Shown here piece after piece: positions 38,786-49,530 of a stretch of DNA of 52,929 nt; within the stretch, counting starts at the first letter, position 1, and each line of letters begins with the position of its first letter. The notes beneath the pieces are model-generated. The model had not been told where the DNA came from, searched no databases, and saw only the letters and a program-made list of their open reading frames with translations. Both the position numbers and the translations under genes were made by a program. The stretch is from Hydrurus foetidus (Eukaryota): NCBI GenBank assembly GCA_900617105.1, contig UYFQ01000474.1:1-52929 (forward strand), written 5' to 3'.

Positions 38786-39289
38786 ATGAGCACAAGCTTT
38801 ATTTTGATGTTGAAGCTCGCCATTGGAATCATTGTGGTTGCCATTGTGGATGCCGACAGCTTGTGGAACTTCGCAACCACCGCATCTGTTCCTCTCGGAG
38901 AATCCGCCAAGTACGCAGCCATGGCGAGTACCTCCGCAGGATATGACATCGGACGGACGAGAAATCATCGATGTGACTCTGAGATGAATTCTGGTGCGGC
39001 CAGTCCAGGAAATTTCATACGAAGCGGAGGAATCATGGAAATCCACAACACGAATCAAAAGAAACGTCTCAATCGCATCGATCGCGCTATTAACACTTAC
39101 AAAGTGCCGGCCCCTGGTTCATGTCCCAACCCAAAAATTTGTGAATCGCCATCCGACAAAATCAAAAAGCCTCCCGCAAGCCCTGCTGATGAAAGCCTGT
39201 CTCCCACGAAGAACTTTTGGGACAAAAAGATTTCACAGTTCAAACACTTTCTGTCATCGTCACCAATGATTTCTAAGTATCTTCCCTAA
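38786..39289 (+). CDS. Hypothetical secreted protein, 167 aa, intronless
   Basis: ATG-initiated ORF with hydrophobic N-terminus (LAIGIIVVAIVDA) and coding-like GC content; divergent from the dynamin start 440 bp away. No recognised family. Confidence 0.55.
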   Translation: MSTSFILMLKLAIGIIVVAIVDADSLWNFATTASVPLGESAKYAAMASTSAGYDIGRTRNHRCDSEMNSGAASPGNFIRSGGIMEIHNTNQKKRLNRIDRAINTYKVPAPGSCPNPKICESPSDKIKKPPASPADESLSPTKNFWDKKISQFKHFLSSSPMISKYLP

Positions 39290-39953
39290 ATCCGAAGATT
39301 CTCTGAAGCACTTTTTGAGGATAACCAGTAGTGCATATAAGAATGATGAGTTGCATGTAAAACGTGGAGTCGCCCCTCTCCTCGCATCAAAAATTCATTT
39401 TGTGGACGATTTGATGCAGTAAACTAACGCGAATAAATATCATGATTAGCTTCTTCCACTGCACCCAATGCATCAAGTGGTTATGCAAAACGATTCCTAG
39501 ATAATTTGCAGTTCCATATCTGGTGCTCTTCTAATCAGATATGGAATGTCCACAGAAATGGTCAAATTAGTACATCACTCGATGAAGCGATTCGCAGATG
39601 AGTTCTTATTTTTGTGATACGGCTCAGATTCTTCCCACTTTCGGATCGTACTGTTGAAGGAAATCCCCTGATAGATCATGTAATCTTCAGTGCTTTCATA
39701 TTTCATATGTTATCCGTGAGACAAAAATAACATCGAGAGACATGTACGTTGGAATGTACGAAGGTACGGAAAGAGCCACGAGACGAACCCGATCTCGATT
39801 TTGTGATTTCCGTAGCACCCACAGAAGCTTCTGCTCATCTTCGTGTCGACATAATATGTGTACGAGGCAACAGCAATACGCCACCATACCACCCAACCAT
39901 CTCAATTTAACTCCTCATACAGTGAAATTTCACCTCTGCTTCCGAACGTCAAA

Positions 39954-42408
39954 ATGTGGGGTCCTCAGAGAAGCGTCGTTACGGCTTGCTTCGGCATAGC
40001 GATATTGAGCAGCTGCGTGAATGCTTTCGCTCCTCACTGTAGTTCAGTGCGACATAGCAAATTCACGATCTCCAACAAACCGGATCACTCACCATTTCCC
40101 CAGCGAATTCACGGAGAAAATCAGCCACATCGATGCAGCAGGTTGTTGGCCTCCAAATCAGAGCCTGTGCCAGGTTTTGGAGATGACGGATGTGCTCTAC
40201 CAAGTCCCTCGAAGGTCAACACCCTTCCTCTACCAGCGCAAGCCGCCGTATTCTTTGGAATCTGGCTCGGTCTGTACGGAGGAACAGCAGCTCTCGTCGC
40301 TGGTCAGTTCAAAACCAATATATGCAACTGGAACTCATTTTCACACAGCAGTATCGGCTGTCTGCTCCTACTTTTAAAGCTAAATCGAAGATGGCGATGG
40401 AAATCTTCTGAGTAGAGCCACTATTATTCAGCATTGCTCACTTGAATCAGCTCAGCTCACATTCAACCCCGGTAAATATCTCAGAAGTAAACGAACGATA
40501 ATTTTCGTAGGAATCGATGCATTAAAGCATTCCTACCCTGATTTCATGGCGTCCTGGATGACTTCTTGGCCACTACTAGGCCCTATGTTCATGGCAGCAG
40601 GACTCTCACACTTTTCGATGAAAGAAGGTGATGAAAAATCCGTTTGATGTTCCTCTTAGCAATGCTCTATTGTAAATTGCTGAGTTGAAACGGAAGAACG
40701 TCTCGACTGATTAGCGTCAATTATTACATTTCTACATCTTTTCCAAGAAATGTCTCAGAATGGTAGTAATGGTCCAATCAGATGTGCAACTTTTACTGTT
40801 ATGTACTTTGGATGAATTCGATGCAACAAATTTCGCAGCGCCTACCTGTGACATTAAATTTGAGTTGACTGCACTGCATCGTGTGGTTTACTGTATGAAT
40901 TCACACGGCAATGCCCTGCTCTCAAATACTCTCTTCTTTCAGAGAAAATGCATTGTAAACATCCGCACTGCTCTCTCAACTCTACTCTACACTCTACAGT
41001 ACTCCTCAGAAGTGTACAATACCTCACTAACTGCAAATCACGTACACAACACACACCGTCCGTACTTACAGGTTTTGAGAACATGATGCCAGTTCAAGGT
41101 GCTTGGGGATTCTGGTATCTACCGGGCAGTAAATCTTTCCATGTCGCATGGACAGGAGTTGTGGAATTCTTGGCTGGTTTGTGGCTCACCATTGGAGGGA
41201 CTTCGAACCTAATATTCGGAATCTCCTTACCTGACGCATTTGAATTAGGATCAGGTATGAAGTCTGAGTATTTAGCAGCTTCGACTAAACTAGCATTTTC
41301 AATTTTATAGTGCATTATTCTCACTGAAAATCATTGCGGTGTATACTTCGTGGCAAGCACCTTACAGTTTTTTTTTCGAATTTCAAGGAAAGTTATCGGA
41401 ATGTTTATTTTCATTGGTCCTACCTTCTCCTTTTCTCGCCTATTCCCACAAACAAAGAGTGCTATGACGGTGATATTACTCTTTTCCCACGAATATTTTA
41501 ATTTTCGGTTATTTCAACGACGAAACCAAACTCTAACTTCAAAATACGACACGTACTAATAGTAGAAGAAATGATAAACACACTCTAAGACTGTGACCAA
41601 TATTCCTTACTAGCACTGATGACGTACTATCTATCTTCAGGTTCCATAGTTGCGGATGCATCTCTCGTTCTACTGCTTCTCACCATCGCTGTGACGCCTG
41701 CCAACATCTACATGTTCACACACGGTGCAACTCTGCCTCCTGTCGCTGTCGAGCCCATTCCTATTGCAGGTATTCTATTCTGTTATCATATCGTATCTTA
41801 TGTTATATTCTATTGGGTTGGGTTGAATTGGGTTGGAGTGGAGTGTTGTATTCTCCTGTACTGCACTGCACTGTACTGCACTCCAATGTACTGTACTGTA
41901 CTGCACTGTACTACACTGTACTGTACTGCACTATACTGTGCACGTTATATTTTCTGGTCCAGTCTATTTACATTTTCATCAAATCAGTGTTCGGGAATAT
42001 TGGTAGTTCTCATTATTGTCTGTAGTGTCTCTCTTGACGACTGGTACTGCGTCTCCAACCCCTGCCACATATTGTCCTCCCGTCCTGGAAGATGAATTCA
42101 TCATCGAATATCACATGAGTTTCTTTAACTCTGCCAAGTTCTATCGAAAATGATTCATCACGATCTTCACTTCCGGATTTGTGGGACATGATATGACATA
42201 GATGATTCTGTATCACACAATATTGAAATCTCTTTATCGTGGGATATCGATGTTTGTCTATCGTATAACATCGAAGTTTCTAATCATGTAACAACGATGT
42301 GTTTTTTCAGGTCACGCAGCAAGGGGTGTTCTGCAGTGTTTATTATTCGCAATATTCTACACCATGGCCATTCCCTCTATATATCACCTCCAAACCCTGT
42401 CTGTCTAA
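39954..42408 (+). CDS. Plastid-targeted DoxX-like (COG4270-type) membrane protein (5 exons: 39954-40302, 40511-40627, 41072-41254, 41641-41769, 42311-42408)
   Basis: Bipartite presequence with VNA-FAP. Motifs FMAAGLSHF, MMP, HVAWTGVVEF, AVTPANIYMFTHG, GHAARGVLQ. Confidence 0.85.
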
Positions 42409-43190
42409 ATGTTCAATGCATGTCGGTAAGGAACTCTCGTCAGCTGAATAGAAATGAGAGGAAGACAATTTGGATTCTACTTGTTATCCAGATATCAAAC
42501 TTTTATGTTTTTAATATTTCGCATGATTTCTTAGATAGATTTTGGATTTGATGATTTTCCCCCTGATGGTAGAAACGAAAATTACGCACAATCTTTAATA
42601 TTATCCTAGTGTCATACTTTTATTTTTAACTGTAGACTTGATTTCTCCTTTTTTAATTCGTAAATTCGATGACTCAACTTTCCTTTTGATGGCATGAATC
42701 TCTTTATCTGTAATTTCATAGTTCTTCTACAAATTTTGCTTATTTTTTATCTGTTGTGGTTGAAGTATTTACGAAAAATTTCTTGTGAAGTCGTAGTGGA
42801 GAAATTCTGACGCAACTAAACCAGAGTTCGACTGGAAATATTTTGCACTTTTCCCTACTTTTCTAGTGGCTATCAAATGCATCGGCAGAAATCCAACACA
42901 GAAATGTTGGCGACTTTCACGAGAGTGACCTGCTGTCGAAGCTAGACTTCATAATTCCGTTGTCCGGTCCAGGGTCCAATATTTTGACGATCAAATTCCA
43001 GGAAAAGTTCCAGGTTTTTCTAGTTGCACCCATATTATTTGAATTCAAATTATTCAAATAAAATGTTCATCGATTTCGCTCCGTTCTGCGTTTACAAGAG
43101 CTGTCGCATGCTCTCCTGAGAGAAACACTTTAGGCAGTGCAATCGCTTTGAAAGACTCGTGATCTCTCTGGCAAATTGTCTAGAGAAATC

Positions 43191-46100
43191 ATGAAGGGCG
43201 ATGTGCCGATGAAAATCAAACTGAGATTTGTGAATTACGACGATTATAGTAAGTTCGTTGTAAACGAGACAGGCGGCAGGCATCTGGTTGATCTCTCTCT
43301 GAAGGTAGCTCATGAGTGATAACGTTTCTCCTTTGTAGCTTGCCAGTAGTATGAGATACAAATAACTTTCAAGGCAATCAATCACTCATGCTAGTATCTA
43401 TCCTCCACAGAAATCTAAATCATGGAACAGCATCGTTGATCATTTCGAGCAGAAATGGAACTTGGTGGTCAACTTGAGAAACAGAATACGGGTATTCTTT
43501 ACAGATGTCGATGGTCGACAAAGCCTGGACATGATATCGTCCTTCCCGACCACATCGGTTGGGGACACCCTTTCCCTACATCCATCAGTACTTGCTTTTC
43601 AACAAGACAGACTCAGCACTACTGCAGAGCCAGATTCATTGATAATTGAGATGTTCTACTGCTTGCGGAGTCCAGAATCTTGTGAGAATACAGCATCCAA
43701 AAAATGCACCGTAAATCCTTCCAAGGGATTATCTTTATCTTCCTATCGCACAGCGAAGAGCAAGAGAGAACTTACAGCGAAAAACAAAACGGGCATGTCA
43801 AATACATCTTCTCAACACTTGAATATCGCACAGCCAGTGAGGGTATCTTTACCAAAGGAGAGTTGTCAGAATGGGAACAATTTCGAAACAACAGCTCAAT
43901 TAAATAATGACAAAAATAAGAACATGAAATTAAACGGAAATGTCGCTGGGAATTTCTACCAATTGAATAACTATCAATTGAACAATGTCCCCAACAGTAC
44001 AATTAGTGAAGATTGTGATATTCTTAGGAATCCTGTCCAACTTATCAGTTCGGAATTTAGTCAGAGTTTATGGAATCAGATGGGTTCAGAGTCCATGACT
44101 GGGGAGTATAAGAACGATCCTACGAACATTCTTGCATCTTCCCATCTCGGAGAATGTTCTGCAAAAATTGGTAATTCTCAAAACAGTTTATTTTCTCCTA
44201 TAAGACGATTCAGCTGGGGGAAAGAAAATGGGACTGCATATTCTGAGAACGAGAACACTCTTGACATTGTCAACAAAGTGGCGTGTGGGATGATCGATGT
44301 GAACGACATGGATTTCGGCTGTGCTTCAGCTTCAACTTCGGCACCTTCTTCGTCAACTTGTAAAGATGCAGATCATTCCGGAAGATTGAAGAGTTCTGCG
44401 GAATGTTATCGAAATGTTCTGAATCCCCCAAGGGATATTCCGAATCCTAACACAAACACTACATCAGAAGTACTGACGACTGACAGAACTGCAAATCATA
44501 AACAAGAACAACTCGAATTTAGAAGTGTAGGAAATAAATGCATTACTGATCTACAGCAATCGAAGTCGGACAACAGAGATAAAATCCAACATGAAAAAGA
44601 AATGAAGAAAAGGGAACGTACAGGCAGTAAAGATGTGCATCTCGTCCCTTCTGTAAGTACGGCTAAAAATACAAGCGTAACGGACGGTACCAACAGCCCT
44701 TTGTCCTACAATATTTCAACATACGAATTTCCAACGGAAAGTTTGATAATGTTTGATGGTGGAATTTACGAGTCCAGGGATTTAAATGCACTTCAAAATC
44801 TTTCAACAAACGATTTATTCTCAAGCAGTAAATCTCAAAATACTCCCTTGAGGGACGAAAATAAAAACGGTGACGTCATCGGATTTCTTCCGAGTAGCAA
44901 TGACGGACTGAATTTTTTCAGTAATATTGGGGAGAGTATAGGATTTATTGATTCTGCTTTTAGGTCCATGGTACCAGACAAAAATGAAAATGGAAATAAA
45001 AATGGAATTGAGAATGAAAATCAAAATCAAAATCAAAATCAAAATCAAAATCAAAATGGAAATATTGGTGTTGCTTGTTTGAATGCAGCACTAGAAACCG
45101 ATGAGAATAACAACGGAAATACATACAAGGAAACGTCACAAACAACGAATTGTAAGAACGTATGTACGTACGAGAATTGCTCTCCGGTCCATCAATTAGA
45201 TGTTGGTAACGCGATTATTTTATTTTCAACCTCTTCAAATTGTGAAATTTCTCCATCCGGATATTCCTTCTCAGCTTTCCCAGACCTTTTTCTGGATTCT
45301 CCGGAATGTTCTGTAGACCGAAGAGTGCCATTGTCATTATGTTTTCCTAGGAAAAATAATGAAATTTTTCCTGAACATAATAGTCAGAACAATAATGTCG
45401 AGTGTAAGGAAGGTATGGAAGTTGATGCGTCAGACGTTCCGATTGATATTCCTCAGAACATTCTTCAATCAGGGCACATTCTCCAAATGAGAAATTCCCA
45501 TGAAAGCATCTATGAGAAAGTAAAAAATGACTATGAAAATGAAAAAAAAATTGAAAGTGAGAAGAAAAATGAAAAAAAAAATGAAAATGAAAATAAAATA
45601 CCTTTCGACAACACTAGAGGAGTGCAAAAAGAAAAATTAGAGGAAGCGGCTTCAATGTCCAAAAAAATGAAATTACAGTCAGATGATGTTCTGGAATCTA
45701 GGTCCATAGTCCCTGTACAGACAATTATTGCTCCCAACGAACAGAAGGATCTTGGGTCAAATTCCACATCAAATTCCGTGGATTCCGGCAGTGGAGTACG
45801 GCTGTTTGGATTTATTGAGAAAATTGATGAGATGAGGAGAAAAGATGAAATTGCTCGATTGAGCCCTATACTCGACATTCGCAATAGTTCCCACCATGCT
45901 GTTAAAGCACGTGGTGAGGTTGGTGGTACCATGGTGGATGGAGAGGATGAAAAGGTTGGAAGGGTCTTGTGTGAACAGGGGAAGATGATGGGCATGAGTC
46001 GTACGGAAAACGCAAGCATGAGTGAAAGAGTAAATGAAAATATAAATATAAATAAAAATAAAAGTGACATAGATGCTGAATATGAAACTGAAAATTCAAA

Positions 46101-47211
46101 ACAGAGAATAGCCAAATCTGAGAAGGTTCACGAGAGTAGCCACTATCAAAATGACGACGAACACGAGGAGGATGAGAAAGAGAATGGGAATGGAAATGAG
46201 AAGCCATGGAAAGGAGGTGAGGACCGTGGGTGCACATTCCACACTTCAAGTCTAAGTGGATTGAGCAGCAGTAACAGAGGGGAAAACAATCCTAACGTCA
46301 TCTTCACTACCTCGAACACTACCTCTGCTTCAGACTTAATCTCAGCTTCAGCTTCAACTTCAACTTCAACTTCAACTTCAACTTTAGCCTCCCAATTAAA
46401 ATCACTTGCTCAAGTGTCTTCGTCTATTCCGAGTTCAGGAAGTAAAAAAAGAAAAAATATCAGTGATTATTTCACACGGAAATGCGTGAAAAAAGAAAAT
46501 GACAATTTGAAGAATGTACGAGACATTACATCCAATAGCGCAAACCAAAATGAGAGTGGAAGTATTGAAATTGCATCTAATGAAGTTGAAGTTCATAATT
46601 GTGGAAATAATGTCGAAAATATTAATAAGTGTGAAATAAAGCAATTAGGCCTTTTGATAGAAAAAGAGAAACGTGCCGAAATGATGGACGTTCAATGTGA
46701 CAATCATTCGGAAGAAGGTAAAGAAAAAGAAGAAAAGGAAGAAAAAGAAAATAGCATGTCTATTGATATAAATAGCTTTGAAAATAAAAATGCAATTAAT
46801 TGCGATAAATGCAGAGAAAAGGATGACGAAACTGGAACTGAAAGTGAAATGGAGTTGGACTGCAGAACAGACAAAAGTTCCAGTTCATCCTTATTGACTA
46901 ATGTGCAACCCAATACCGTCCTCGGGATCGTGGATCCAAATTCTAGTAGCGATAGTAACAGTGAAGATAGTAGTCTCAAGAATGCAACAACAAAAACAGC
47001 AACAACAACAGCAATAAAGGATAAATTGGACGTGTTTAATATGTTCTATACTGAAATTAATAGTACTATTTTCATTTCTTCGAGAATTAAAAAAGTTCGG
47101 TCCAGTCGTGTTGCAAAAAGAATCACACCTACTTTTTTAGTTCCACTTTCACAAAAAAGAAAATATTTAGAATTTTTGACGTTTGAAAATAGTTTTAAAT
47201 TTTCACTGTGA
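43191..47211 (+). CDS. Large (~1304 aa), mostly low-complexity protein with N-terminal TKI1/Cramped-like domain (exons 43191-43304, 43411-47211)
   Basis: A GT-AG intron links MKGDVPMKIKLRFVNYDDYSKFVVNETGGRHLVDLSLK to KSKSWNSIVDHFEQKW in frame with the 1249-aa ORF. The remainder is N/E/S-rich, with NLS-like KKRK. Confidence 0.7.
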
Positions 47212-47710
47212 ATTTTATATTATTCTATTCAACTCCGTAGAGATATTTCACTTGACTCTCATTACCTGATGCGTGCAATAACATAGCGATTATGCCTACT
47301 TCAACAAAGAACATTTCGAATTCATCCGAATTTATCATTTTTGCAAGATTTTAAACTGAGAACAAAACTCTATAGAACTTCATGAAAGCGCATCGCCACT
47401 CATACTGATACGGATAAGGAGCAGAGAACTAACTGGAGGTGTCAGGTAAGCCTCAACAGACTAATCGCATGAGCAAATTAGTTGGAATTAAAGCCACCGT
47501 CATCAAATCCGGCGGAATCCGGCTGAGTTCGGCCAGATTGGACAGTGACAAATCAAATGACCAATGATGACAGAGGGTCGCTGATCAATCGATCGATCAC
47601 ACTTCCGAGTAGATAGTGGCAGTTGCACTTTCATAGTATCGTCATTTCACTCCCAGTCCTGTCTTTAAAGTTCTTTGGCCTTCTCTTTAGCAATTCAAGA
47701 TCGCGAACTG

Positions 47711-49402
47711 ATGAAAATGAGCACACTGTGCATAATTTACGTCTCAGAAGGTCTAAAACTAAATATAATCAATCAGCTTTCGCAGAAGGCAAGCAGTGGC
47801 GGGCCTCTTGTTCACTCATTTGTTGATGCCACTTATGGTCGGACGAGCTTCTTCTTGATGGGTGAGCTCTTATACCCTACTCATCAGCTCAATCGACATT
47901 AGTTCGGCATCTAAATGACTGTGTGTGTTTTTAGGTGATAACTTGGTGAACAGATCGCTAGAACTATGCAAGGAGGCATTCAAGCTCATCTCATACGATC
48001 CACTGCAAGGAACGCACCCAGCTCTGGGGGTCGTCGACCATGTGAGTTCAGTACTCTCACTGTGTCCTTTGCGAAAACGATAGTTTAGACTAAGAGTGTA
48101 TGTAATGATATTTTGACTCCCTCACTTTGTCTTCTTCAACACCCAAATCTGCAAATGCCCAAATCTGCAAATACCAGGAAGATCAAGCTATAGCCAGCTA
48201 TTATTCTGCAAGTCAAACGAGCAAATTTTGATAGGAATCTTTGTGTCTGTAGATTGGACTGTTTCAATTGATTCGTTATCCCTGAACTTTCGTTCATTTT
48301 TCATTTACTAACTGCCTGAGAATTTTTACTTCATAAAAACACAACAGATTTCCTTTTCTCCAATGGGACCAGACGCTACTTTATCCGATGCAAGCGCATT
48401 AGCTCTTGAATTCGCCACGAAATTACATGCAATGGAGAAAATTCCAATTTATACATATGGTGACGTATCAACGGATAAACTTGTTCTAAAAAATATCAGA
48501 AGAGATCTCGGATATTTTTTGAAGGTGCCATCATTCGACAAAGAGCTGAACATTTTGAGACTTAGAAGATTGTGCTAAGAATGGCAAATATGCGATTGTT
48601 ACGTTTGAATAAATAGATTGTGCAGGTGTATGACTCTAATCATCGTTTGTGAATTATCTCGTAATCAACGTCTCGTAATTCAGAATTTCAAATATTTGAT
48701 ACTTTCGTAATATATTTATGTACTGGAAATACAGTATATTATGATGCGTGTATATACAAATATACAGTATTTCAATTGAATACATAACACAAAATATCTA
48801 AATTATCTAATTTTGACAGTCATAATAAATCTCCCTTTCCTTTCGACTCAACCCCTCACAGGGAGAGGACTTGATTAAAAACATGCGTCACTCTACAGCT
48901 GTCCCAGCAATGGGCTCTATGGACCTCGATTTCAATGAAAAAAAGGGAATAGCGTGTGTGGGTGCAGTGTATTACTTGCAAAATGTTAATATGCGATTTA
49001 GACCAACGGACGATCGGAAGCACGTACTGCAAATCACAAAATACATACGCGAGCCTGATGTAAGTGTCAACAGATTGAATTTGTGTTTTTTATTTCTGGG
49101 TTGCGTTCTTGTCAAAATTTCTGTTACGATGTATCCGTATTCTGATGATGATCCTTACGACACGTCATCTTCTTGTAAACAATATGTCTTCTCCTTCGAT
49201 GAATTTACCTTCTTCGATGAAGTTGTTAAGTAACTCAATAATTGATCAGATCTGTGCATGTCTCCATCCCCGCAATAGAACAAATATGCACGTATATTTG
49301 CATACATACATACATACATACATACATACATACATACATACATACATACATACATACATACATACATACATACATACATACATACATACATACATACATA
49401 CA

Positions 49403-49434
<32 letters not shown>

Positions 49435-49469
49435 CATACATACATACATACATACATACATACATACAT

Positions 49470-49530
<61 letters not shown>

